Assembly (NCBI GenBank): GCA_965223905.1
Contig: CBDCXV010000011.1
Location: forward strand, 480,001-544,000
DNA: 64,000 nucleotides
Source of the DNA: Candidatus Latescibacterota bacterium
GTDB taxonomy: Bacteria; Latescibacterota; UBA2968; UBA8231
Reading direction: 5' to 3'
Both the position numbers and the translations under genes were made by a program. The notes beneath the pieces are model-generated. The model did not search any database and was not told where the DNA came from. It was given only the letters and a program-made list of their open reading frames with translations. Of this stretch, positions 9,080-18,106 are shown piece by piece (position 1 is the stretch's first letter; every line of letters starts with the position of its first letter).

Positions 9080-10870
9080 ATGCGTGACATCGTCGAAGGT
9101 CTGGGCGCGTGGCAGCGATCGCACAACTGCGGCACGCTGACGGCCGGTTTCCTCGGGAAGCAGGTGACACTCATGGGATGGGTGGCGACTCGTCGCGACC
9201 ACGGGGGGGTTATTTTCGTCGATCTCCGAGACCGCAATGGGGTGACCCAGGTCGTTTTCAACCCCCAGAACAATGCCGAGTCTCACCACAAGGCCGAATC
9301 CCTGCGCAACGAGTTCGTCATCGCGGTCCAGGGTGAGGTTGAAAACCGCCCCGAAGGCATGATCAATCCCCGGCTAAAAACCGGGGAGATAGAGGTGAAT
9401 TGCCATTCACTGAGGATCCTCAACACGTCCATCCCGATTCCGTTCCCCCTCGATGACAGTGTCGACGTCGGCGAGGAGGCGAGACTGCGCCATCGTTATC
9501 TAGATCTGCGGCGCTTCCCTATGCAGCGCAATCTGCTGATCAGGCATCGCTGTTACCAGAAAACCCGCGACATCCTGGATTCGGAGGGGTTCATCGAGGT
9601 CGAGACCCCCTTTCTGGTTCGCAGCACTCCTGAGGGAGCCCGGGACTTCCTTGTCCCCAGCCGTGTAAACCCGGGCAATTTCTTCGCTCTCCCCCAGTCA
9701 CCGCAGATGTACAAGCAACTGCTGATGATTTCGGGATTCGATCGCTATTTTCAGATCGTCAAATGCTTCCGGGACGAGGATTTACGCGCTGATCGGCAGC
9801 CGGAATTCACCCAGATCGACATTGAAATGTCGTTCGTCTCCGAAGACGACATTATGGGCGTATCGGAGCGCATTACCCGCGGTCTGTTTGCCGAAATCCA
9901 AGGGATTGAATTGCCGGATCCATTTCCTCGCATGGCTTATTCCGAGGCGATGGACCGCTACGGCAGCGACAAACCTGACATTCGTTTCGACCTCGAACTC
10001 AAGGATGCCGGGGCTGCGGCGGCTGCATCTCAGTTTCAGGTCTTCCTATCCGTGCTTGAAAAAGGTGGTCAGGTAAAGGGCATCAATGTAAAGGGGGGCA
10101 GCGAATTGCCCAGAAGCCAGATCGACCAATTAGTCGCCTTCGCGCAGGATGCCGGGGCAAGAGGGCTGAGCTGGATCAAACACACGGTCAACGGTCTCGA
10201 ATCTTCGATTGTGAAGTTCTTCCCCGATCATTCAAGAGAACTTCTGATTTCCGAGTTGGGATCAGAACCCGGAGACCTGCTGCTGCTGGTGGCCGACGAC
10301 CCGGTGGAAGTGGCCAAGGTTCTCAACGCCTTACGACTGGAGTTGGCGAGACGACTCGACCTGATCGCGGAAAACGTCTGGCGCCCGTTATGGATTACCG
10401 AATTTCCCTTGCTGGAGTACGATGAGGAAGGAAAGCGCTGTACAGCCGTCCATCACCCGTTTACGTCCCCACTGGAGGAGGACATCGCCATTCTTTTCAG
10501 CGAGCCGCTGAAGGCTCGTGCTCGTGCATACGACTTGGTGCTCAACGGCACAGAAATCGCCGGGGGCAGCATGCGTATTTTCCAGCGGGGTCTGCAGGCG
10601 AAAATTTTCGAATTGCTGGCCTTGGGCCGAGAGGAGGCCGGGGCCAAATTCGGCTTCCTGCTCGATGCCCTCGAATACGGAGCCCCTCCACATGGTGGTA
10701 TCGCATTCGGATTTGATCGCGTCGTTGCCATGCTCGCTGGAGAGGACTCGATTCGGGAAGTCATCGCCTTTCCCAAGACCAACCGGGCCATCGGCCTGAT
10801 GGAACGCGCACCAGGTAGGGTCAACGAGGTCCAGTTGCGCGAACTCGGCATCGCCACCCTGCCTGGATAA
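9080..10870 (+). CDS. aspS: Aspartate-tRNA ligase (probably non-discriminating)
   Basis: RRDHGGVIFVDLRD, TPEGARDFLVPSR, ALPQSPQ, CFRDEDLRADRQPEFTQIDIE, GAPPHGGIAFGFDR. Confidence 0.97.
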   Translation: MRDIVEGLGAWQRSHNCGTLTAGFLGKQVTLMGWVATRRDHGGVIFVDLRDRNGVTQVVFNPQNNAESHHKAESLRNEFVIAVQGEVENRPEGMINPRLKTGEIEVNCHSLRILNTSIPIPFPLDDSVDVGEEARLRHRYLDLRRFPMQRNLLIRHRCYQKTRDILDSEGFIEVETPFLVRSTPEGARDFLVPSRVNPGNFFALPQSPQMYKQLLMISGFDRYFQIVKCFRDEDLRADRQPEFTQIDIEMSFVSEDDIMGVSERITRGLFAEIQGIELPDPFPRMAYSEAMDRYGSDKPDIRFDLELKDAGAAAAASQFQVFLSVLEKGGQVKGINVKGGSELPRSQIDQLVAFAQDAGARGLSWIKHTVNGLESSIVKFFPDHSRELLISELGSEPGDLLLLVADDPVEVAKVLNALRLELARRLDLIAENVWRPLWITEFPLLEYDEEGKRCTAVHHPFTSPLEEDIAILFSEPLKARARAYDLVLNGTEIAGGSMRIFQRGLQAKIFELLALGREEAGAKFGFLLDALEYGAPPHGGIAFGFDRVVAMLAGEDSIREVIAFPKTNRAIGLMERAPGRVNEVQLRELGIATLPG

Positions 10871-10960
10871 CCTCGAAAAAACAGGGGTTCACCAGCGTCT
10901 CACCCATGCCTTCGAATCGCCGTAACTCTTTGTAAGAACAGTAATTCTTCAATTCTTGAC

Positions 10961-10989
10961 TTGACATCCCCATTTGACGTTTTTACCTT
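10961..10989 (+). promoter_or_regulatory. sigma70-like promoter
   Basis: TTGACA-N17-TACCTT upstream of the lipoprotein gene. Confidence 0.5.
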
Positions 10990-11050
10990 GAGGCGCGCAG
11001 TAAGCACCAGCAATGTCAGCGCCCTCCCGAGCAGATCTGGAGAATAATCG

Positions 11051-11332
11051 ATGACTTTCAGCAAACTCCGAAAATCAAGTGCCCTTTTCGTTCTTGCCGC
11101 CCTGACACTTTCCCTGACCGCAGGATGTGCACGCGGCCCTTCCCAGAAGGAGTTGGGTGTGCTGGAAGAGAATCGCCAGGCAACGGAGGCAGCCGAGCAG
11201 CAGGTCACCCAGAAAAAGGCAAAAAAAGCCGAGTTGGAGCGTCAGTTGGCCGAGCAAAAAGCTGAAAAGAAGGCGTTGGAGGAAAAGAGGGACGGTACTT
11301 CCGAGGCGCTGGCTGGGATGTCTGGCGAATAA
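11051..11332 (+). CDS. Small coiled-coil lipoprotein
   Basis: Signal peptide with lipobox TAGC, then an E/K/Q/A-rich helix. Confidence 0.8.
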   Translation: MTFSKLRKSSALFVLAALTLSLTAGCARGPSQKELGVLEENRQATEAAEQQVTQKKAKKAELERQLAEQKAEKKALEEKRDGTSEALAGMSGE

Positions 11333-11415
11333 CGCCGCAACCTTACTCAACTGAAATGACGCATGCACAGTACCTGTGGTAAGCGATGCAATGATTTGAA
11401 TTGAAAGGTTACGAG

Positions 11416-12228
11416 ATGACGAAGAGAATGCTGGCCGTTGTCCTGATCCTGTCTGCGGGGACTGCTTTCGCACAAGACAAAATGACCCGCGAGGAGTACG
11501 AGGCCCAAATGGCCGACTATCAGCAGCGACATGAAGCTGCGAACTCACAGATTGCACAGCTGGATGCCGAAATTGCCGCGCTGGATCAACAGATCGCCGC
11601 GCTCGATGACGAGATCGCTGGGATAATTGCCGATATTCACAATCTAGTAGGTGCGACAGCTGCCGAGATCAGTGATTTTGGCAACACTCTCGATCTCCTC
11701 CTTCGCCAACTGGAAGGTTTGACCGCCTTGGCCCCGGAAGAGCTTGTGCGACATCAAGGGGAAGTCAAGGATGTCCTCGCCCAGGTCGAGCAATTGAAGA
11801 CCAGCAAAATCAGCGCCATACCTGAAATGGCCGCAAAGATCCTCCGCCTCGAAACCCTCATCTCCGATCTCCAGATCCGCGATGTCGTTTCGATTGTTTA
11901 CGAGGTTGAAAGGGGGGATAACCTTTGGGCCATCTCGGCGGACGACACGATTTACGGAGACCCATACATGTGGCCCCGGATTTACCGCGCAAATACGGAA
12001 CAGATAAGCGATCCAGACATGATCTATCCAAAACAGAAGCTTTCGGTTCCGTTTGGCGTTTCCGAGGGTCACTACCTCGTCACACGTGGTGATTTTCTCT
12101 CGAAGATCGCTGCTGCGGTGTACAACGACGCAACCATGTGGCACAAGATCTACAAGGCCAACATGAAACAGATCGTCGAGCCGAATATCATTTTTCCAGC
12201 CCAGGTCCTTGAGGTTCCTGCGAACTGA
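11416..12228 (+). CDS. Secreted coiled-coil protein with two LysM domains
   Basis: Signal peptide ending AFA; YEVERGDNLWAIS...WPRIYRAN...IYPKQKL and YLVTRGDFLSKIA...WHKIYKAN...IFPAQVL. Confidence 0.88.
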   Translation: MTKRMLAVVLILSAGTAFAQDKMTREEYEAQMADYQQRHEAANSQIAQLDAEIAALDQQIAALDDEIAGIIADIHNLVGATAAEISDFGNTLDLLLRQLEGLTALAPEELVRHQGEVKDVLAQVEQLKTSKISAIPEMAAKILRLETLISDLQIRDVVSIVYEVERGDNLWAISADDTIYGDPYMWPRIYRANTEQISDPDMIYPKQKLSVPFGVSEGHYLVTRGDFLSKIAAAVYNDATMWHKIYKANMKQIVEPNIIFPAQVLEVPAN

Positions 12229-12432
12229 TTTTCGCTACATCCTCTCGCATTCAGGGCGATTGACCGCGGATTCAGAGCGATTGGCCGCGTCCTGACGTTC
12301 TCAAGGGGTTCGAGCAAACTTGGAGACAGGTGCTCGGACCCCTTTGTGGTTTTGTTTCCGGTCCCTTCGAAAATAACAACCCTGCAACAATTCTCCCGTA
12401 TTGGCGGCTAACAACCCCCCTTCGCCACCTGC

Positions 12433-13410
12433 TTGAAAACGCTAAAAAAGACAATCTCCCTTGCCGAGATAAACCCCTTCGTTCTTTTCGGCAGAAATGA
12501 CGAGCATCTCGATTCGATCGAGCGCAACTGCCGCGTCAAGATTGTTGCGCGAGGAGACCATCTCCACCTCAACGGTCCACGAGAATCGGTCGAGCACGTA
12601 TCGGGGCTACTTGGGTATGTCGTCGAATCAATCCGAAGGAACCCGCGCTTGAGCGAGGAGGATGTAAAAACCATTCTTGACCAGGATCAGATCGATCCGG
12701 GCCATTACCCCCCCCTTCCGGAAATCGAGGACGACGGCGAAATCAAGACATACAGGAGAACCGTAGCCGCGCGTACCGTTGGACAGGCGCGCTACCTGAA
12801 GGCGGTCGAGTGCCACGATGTTGTTTTTGCGATCGGCCCTGCGGGCACCGGCAAGACTTTCCTGGCAGTTGCCGCAGCTGTCGCCGCGCTTCGCGAAAAA
12901 CGGGTTTCACGAATCGTGCTGGCCCGGCCTGCCGTCGAAGCAGGGGAAAGCCTGGGGTTTCTTCCTGGAGCCCTCGAAGAGAAAGTCGACCCTTACCTAA
13001 GGCCTCTCTACGATGCTCTTCAGGATCTGCTGGAGCCGGAACGTCTCTCGCGCTTCCAAAGCGTGAAGCTCGTGGAGGTGGCTCCACTGGCCTTCATGCG
13101 GGGACGTACGCTCAACGACGCTTTCATCATCCTCGACGAAGCTCAGAACACGACTGCTTCTCAGATGAAGATGTTTCTGACGAGAATGGGTGCACACTCC
13201 AAAGCGGTGATAACTGGTGATGTCATCCAAACGGACCTTCCCGGTTCCCAGCCATCCGGCCTCGTCGAAGCGCGCCGAATCCTGTCCTGCGTAACGGGCC
13301 TGGCATTCGTTCACCTGACCGAACGCGATGTTGTTCGTAATCCACTGGTCCAACGGATCATCAAGGCCTACGAAACCCACGACAACAACTCCGATTCGGA
13401 CTGCCGGTAA
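12433..13410 (+). CDS. phoH: PhoH-family ATPase (YbeZ-like)
   Basis: GPAGTGKT, RPAVEAGESLGFLPG, FMRGRTL, ILDEAQN. Confidence 0.95.
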   Translation: MKTLKKTISLAEINPFVLFGRNDEHLDSIERNCRVKIVARGDHLHLNGPRESVEHVSGLLGYVVESIRRNPRLSEEDVKTILDQDQIDPGHYPPLPEIEDDGEIKTYRRTVAARTVGQARYLKAVECHDVVFAIGPAGTGKTFLAVAAAVAALREKRVSRIVLARPAVEAGESLGFLPGALEEKVDPYLRPLYDALQDLLEPERLSRFQSVKLVEVAPLAFMRGRTLNDAFIILDEAQNTTASQMKMFLTRMGAHSKAVITGDVIQTDLPGSQPSGLVEARRILSCVTGLAFVHLTERDVVRNPLVQRIIKAYETHDNNSDSDCR

Positions 13411-13446
13411 GGGAAAACGAGGACCCCCGAAAACCGGGAAATCACC

Positions 13447-15741
13447 TTGCATATTTTTTCGACCTTCCGACGCTGGCGGGCGGGCACTACGGGCTCGATA
13501 GCCCAATCGAGGTCAGGAGCAGGAAAACAATACCGCTCGCGTGGGATGCGGCTGTTTCGCGCCCTGCTCGCTATCGCCGTGATGGGTCTGCTGACCTACC
13601 TCTCCCCGTTCCAGCGACCGCACGGAATCAGCGAGCTACGAGAGGGAAGCGTAGCCCCGGAGCGAATAAACGCCCCATTCCTGTTTCTTGTCCGCAAGAG
13701 TGACGAAGAGCTGGAAATCGAGCGCAGCGGAGCCGAAAAGACAGTGCCGACCGTGTTGCAGCTCCATGAAGAGGTAAAGAAGCTGCAACTGTCCCGCTTC
13801 GACTCGGTGTTGGCCGTGCTGGTGCCCAACAGCCGCATGCAGATGCCGGACTCGCTCAAGTATCGTCGCCTGCAAAGGGAGCTGCCGGGAATTGTCCCCT
13901 TGCTGTCGGAGACCTCTCTCAAGCAGCTGATAACCCTGATCTCATCGACTACGGCCGACTCTCTCGATCTCCTGCAGCACACGTGGGTTCAGTTGCTGAC
14001 CGACCTTTATTCCACTGGAGTCATCGCCAGCAAACAGGGAGATATCGTCGCTGTCACTGCTCAGGTTCGCATCGACGAGACGCCATTCTCAATAGAACTG
14101 CTGCACAACGAGAGCGACCTGAAGCGCGGGCAGCTCATGTCGCTGATCGAGGCGTACCAGGCGTTCGAGGAACGCGGCGTTGCTGAAGCCGTTCAGGAAC
14201 TCCTGACTTTGTTCGTTTACCCCAACCTGAGTGTCGACCAGAGCGAAACGAGCCGCCTGCGCGCGGAAGCGCGCCGCAGTGTTGCCAGTATCAAGCGCCG
14301 CTATCTCCGCGACGAGATGATTATCGACAAGAACCAGAAGGTTGAGGCGGTCCATGTCGAAGCACTGGAGGCGCTGGCCCAGCAGTTTACGAGCGAGGAG
14401 CTGAAACACCCGACAACCCGCTACTTGCAGAGCATCTCGGCTGCCGTGATCGCTGCCTTTCTGCTTTTGACTTTCGGTTATTACCTAGCGACCCGTGAGC
14501 CTCAGATTTACGCAAGCGCCGCACAGCTGACGCTGTTGGCACTGATCGCCATGGCGACTGCGGCTGTCGCCGCCTACATCCACGCCAACGAAATCCAGAC
14601 CTATTTCGTGCCCACTCCCTTGGCCGCAATGCTGATGACTATCCTGTTGAGCCCCCAGGTCGGGCTTGTGGTCTCGTTTCTGCTCGCGCTATTCATCGGC
14701 AGCTTGTTTGGAGATTTCTACGTCACCCTGGTCTTTTCCTTGACGTCCGCCGTCTCCGTCCACGCGGTCAGACACGTCCGCCACAGGAATCAGTTCTATC
14801 GCGCCATGATATTGCTTCCGGCGTCGTACTGTCTTCTGATAGCGGCCACCGATCTGCTGCGTTTCGTTCCGTACGAAGAGATCTACGGTCACGTGCTGCC
14901 CGGAGTTATCACAGGCTTGTCAGCGCCAATCGTAATCCAGGGCCTGCTCCCCATCTTCGAGAGTCTGTTTCACATCACGACCGATATAACCCTCCTCGAG
15001 CTGTCGGACCTCAACCGACCCTTGCTGCGCGAGCTGGCCATTCGTGCGCCTGGCACGTACACCCACAGCTTGGTCATGGCCAACCTTTCCGAAGCTGCGG
15101 GGCAGTCGATCGGCGCCAATCCGCTTCTGGCGCGGGTAGGGTGTTACTACCACGACATAGGAAAAATGCTGAAGCCGGAGTACTTCACCGAGAATCAAAG
15201 TCTACAGGGCGCCCGCAACCCTCACGATCATTTGACCCCCAGCATGAGCATGCTGATCATCGACTCCCACGTGAAAGACGGAATCGAGCTGGCGCAGGAG
15301 CACGGGCTACCCAAGGCCCTGATCGATCTCATTCCTCAACATCACGGGACCACGGTACAGGAGTACTTCTACACACGTGCCGTCGAGCTCGGAGTGGAGA
15401 ACGTCCGACGCGATGATTTTCGCTACGACGGGCCGAAACCTCAGACCAGGGAAGCAGGCATTCTGATGCTGGCCGACTCGGTCGAATCGGCGGCACGCAC
15501 CCTGAGCGAACGCACCCCGGACCGCGTGCGGCAACTCGTTCGGAATATCATTCAACAAAAATTCACCAGTGGAGAACTGGATGAATGTCCGCTCACCCTG
15601 AGGGATCTTCACCGCATCGAGGAGAGTTTCATTCCGGTTCTGATGGGAACCCTGCACGGCCGCCTTGAGTATCCGTGGCAGAAAAAGGGCGACCTCAAGG
15701 AAAAGAAGGATGCTGAAAGTCCTGTGCTGCGACGAACCTGA
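13447..15741 (+). CDS. 7TM-HDIG phosphohydrolase (PgpH-like)
   Basis: Extracytoplasmic domain, multiple TM helices, APGTYTHS, YYHDIGK, QHHGTT, MLADSVESA. Confidence 0.9.
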   Translation: MHIFSTFRRWRAGTTGSIAQSRSGAGKQYRSRGMRLFRALLAIAVMGLLTYLSPFQRPHGISELREGSVAPERINAPFLFLVRKSDEELEIERSGAEKTVPTVLQLHEEVKKLQLSRFDSVLAVLVPNSRMQMPDSLKYRRLQRELPGIVPLLSETSLKQLITLISSTTADSLDLLQHTWVQLLTDLYSTGVIASKQGDIVAVTAQVRIDETPFSIELLHNESDLKRGQLMSLIEAYQAFEERGVAEAVQELLTLFVYPNLSVDQSETSRLRAEARRSVASIKRRYLRDEMIIDKNQKVEAVHVEALEALAQQFTSEELKHPTTRYLQSISAAVIAAFLLLTFGYYLATREPQIYASAAQLTLLALIAMATAAVAAYIHANEIQTYFVPTPLAAMLMTILLSPQVGLVVSFLLALFIGSLFGDFYVTLVFSLTSAVSVHAVRHVRHRNQFYRAMILLPASYCLLIAATDLLRFVPYEEIYGHVLPGVITGLSAPIVIQGLLPIFESLFHITTDITLLELSDLNRPLLRELAIRAPGTYTHSLVMANLSEAAGQSIGANPLLARVGCYYHDIGKMLKPEYFTENQSLQGARNPHDHLTPSMSMLIIDSHVKDGIELAQEHGLPKALIDLIPQHHGTTVQEYFYTRAVELGVENVRRDDFRYDGPKPQTREAGILMLADSVESAARTLSERTPDRVRQLVRNIIQQKFTSGELDECPLTLRDLHRIEESFIPVLMGTLHGRLEYPWQKKGDLKEKKDAESPVLRRT

Positions 15742-16189
15742 ATTCGCCGCTTCGGCTCGACCCTACCTCAAGCAGTTGGCCGGGCGGGTGATGGACCGTC
15801 ACAGGATCAGTGGCGATATCGACCTGATACTATCCGATGACAGCCAACTTCGCCGGCTCAATTCGACGTTTCGGGGAATCGACCACACTACCGACGTGTT
15901 GTCCTTCGACTACTCCGCAAGCGATGAATCTCCTGAGATGCCTGCGACGATTGAAGGAGTCCGCGGAGAAATCTACATTTCGAGAGCGCGCGCCGCCTCC
16001 CAAGCTGCCGACATGGGCGTCGGGGAGCTCGAGGAGATCGGACGGCTGATGGTTCACGCCCTCCTCCATATCGCCGGTTTCGACCACGATACTCCCGAAA
16101 AGCTGGCTTTCATGGAGTGGGAAACAAATATGTTTACAAGCCCAAACCCCCAGACTGTCCTGGCCGGCAGTGTTGCGCGAAAGGAGTAG
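15710..16189 (+). CDS. ybeY: rRNA maturation endoribonuclease YbeY
   Basis: LNSTFRGIDHTTDVLSF, GEIYIS, VHALLHIAGFDH; start approximate. Confidence 0.92.
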   Translation: MLKVLCCDEPEFAASARPYLKQLAGRVMDRHRISGDIDLILSDDSQLRRLNSTFRGIDHTTDVLSFDYSASDESPEMPATIEGVRGEIYISRARAASQAADMGVGELEEIGRLMVHALLHIAGFDHDTPEKLAFMEWETNMFTSPNPQTVLAGSVARKE

Positions 16190-16198
16190 CCCGCTTTT

Positions 16199-17512
16199 TT
16201 GGAACCCCCGCAAATAGCTGAGTTAGTACTGTTTGTCCTCGCCTCTATAGGGCTCTTTGTCTTGGCTTCTTACGAGGCGACCTTCACTTCCCTCTCAAAA
16301 TCATCCCTCGAGCGCATGCATGAGAGTGGCGTACCCCGGGCCGCTACCATGCTTCGCATCCACGAGCCCAGGCACCTGCTCCACCTCATGGCAAGGATCG
16401 GCCAGACCCTCGGGGTCGTAATTCTTTCCGTGTCGATCATGCATTTCCTGTTGTCGTTCTCATTTCCGAAACTCGTTGCCGCCATGGCGGCGGGAATCGC
16501 ATCGGTAGCGGTCGCCTTGATCGCCAGCCTTGCTCGCAGGGTGCGCTTCGAAGAGGATGGCGAGGAGGCGAAGATTCCAAGCCTGGCGTTACTTTTCGCA
16601 CCCATTCACCTGCTTCTCTGCGTTCCAGCCCGTCTCGTAGAACGGGTCGCACGCAGCGATGCTTCTGAAGAGGATTTCAAGGAAGCGCGCGAGGCGGAGC
16701 TGAGAAACATCGTCGACTCAGAACAGGAGACGGGTGTGTTGGAGGAAACCGAACGCGACATGATTCAGGGGGTGTTCGGCTTCCATGATCGGGTTGTCCG
16801 GGAGGTGATGATTCCCCGGGTCGATATCACCTCTCTCGAGGTCTCCTCTTCACTGGGTGACCTCCTTCGCGTGATCGAAGAGAAGGGCCACTCGAGGGTA
16901 CCCGTATTCGAAGAATCGCTGGACAAGATCCGGGGAATCGTCTATGCGAAGGACCTTCTGCGGATGCTCGTTCACCGCCGCGATATCGGCATGGAGATGT
17001 CGGTGGCTGAGCTGATGGCAGAGGATGGAAAGGGGTCGAACCCCTTGCCGTTTGCCCATGAGCCGTATTACATCCCCGAAACAAAGAAGATCGACGAGTT
17101 GCTCCGCGACCTGCGCGCCGCACGAACGCGCCTGGCAATTGTCGTTGACGAATACGGCGGAACCGCCGGATTGGTCACCACCGAAGACCTCGTCGAAGAG
17201 ATCGTGGGTGAGCTGCAGGACGAATACGATGCCGAGGAAGCCCTTTTTGAGTGGCGTCCCGGCGATATTCTCGTCGTCAATCCGAGAATCAACATCGACG
17301 AGTTGAACGAAATCCTCGAAAGCGACCTTCCCAGCGACGGTTTCGACACTCTGGGAGGGTTCATCTACGATCATCTCGGGGAGGTGCCGGACGAGGGGCA
17401 GACCGTCCGGATTCCGGGCCTCGACATCGAGATCCTCAAAGTGGAAGGACAGCGAATCGCCCAGGTGCAAATGAAACGGGTGCCCATGGCAGGCGAAGTC
17501 CTGGAGCAGTAG
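16199..17512 (+). CDS. CNNM/HlyC-CorC family protein (TM, CBS pair, CorC domain)
   Basis: VREVMIPRVDI, HSRVPVF, AIVVDEYGGTAGLVTTEDLVEEIVGE, DTLGGFI. Confidence 0.92.
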   Translation: MEPPQIAELVLFVLASIGLFVLASYEATFTSLSKSSLERMHESGVPRAATMLRIHEPRHLLHLMARIGQTLGVVILSVSIMHFLLSFSFPKLVAAMAAGIASVAVALIASLARRVRFEEDGEEAKIPSLALLFAPIHLLLCVPARLVERVARSDASEEDFKEAREAELRNIVDSEQETGVLEETERDMIQGVFGFHDRVVREVMIPRVDITSLEVSSSLGDLLRVIEEKGHSRVPVFEESLDKIRGIVYAKDLLRMLVHRRDIGMEMSVAELMAEDGKGSNPLPFAHEPYYIPETKKIDELLRDLRAARTRLAIVVDEYGGTAGLVTTEDLVEEIVGELQDEYDAEEALFEWRPGDILVVNPRINIDELNEILESDLPSDGFDTLGGFIYDHLGEVPDEGQTVRIPGLDIEILKVEGQRIAQVQMKRVPMAGEVLEQ

Positions 17513-17559
17513 GGGACCGCAACGCGCCGGTAAGCGATGGGCTGTCGGCCAACGACCTG

Positions 17560-17588
17560 TTGCATCCCGATTACCCCTCGAGTATATT
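17560..17588 (+). promoter_or_regulatory. sigma70-like promoter of the tRNA gene
   Basis: TTGCAT-N17-TATATT, 11 nt before the tRNA. Confidence 0.6.
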
Positions 17589-17599
17589 TAATTTCGTGA

Positions 17600-17676
<77 letters not shown>

Positions 17677-17779
17677 TTTCCGGGAGTCGTCGGCTTTGCC
17701 GTCGACTCCTTATCTATTTTTAGACTTCCCCACAACTGCTTGCGCGAGAGAAGGTTCCCTTTCGCAAGTTTCATAGCCA

Positions 17780-18106
17780 ATGAGCCCTTTCCGCCGCATC
17801 AGCGACCATACAGCAAGTGTTAGGAAGCCCCAACGCGTCTGCTTGGACGAACGTTTTCTGGCCGAATTCCTGCCTGAGACCCCTCTCGACCGCGTCGAGA
17901 GCCAGGAGTTGCGCCAGCAGGTCATGCAGGCGCTCGGAGAACTCACTCGAGACGAGCTTCAAGTCGTCGAGTTGCGCTTTCAACACAAGAAGTCCCCCGG
18001 ACAGGTCGCTTCCAAGCTGCGGATGGACAGGAAAGCCGTCGCCGCCCTGGAACGCTCCGCCCTGGATAAGATCCGTACTCCCATCATCAATTACATGGAG
18101 TCGTGA
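17780..18106 (+). CDS. Stand-alone sigma-70 region-4-like HTH protein
   Basis: ELRQQVMQALGELTRDELQVVELRF...SPGQVASKLRM...LERSALDKIR; stop overlaps the lnt start (GTGA). Confidence 0.7.
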   Translation: MSPFRRISDHTASVRKPQRVCLDERFLAEFLPETPLDRVESQELRQQVMQALGELTRDELQVVELRFQHKKSPGQVASKLRMDRKAVAALERSALDKIRTPIINYMES

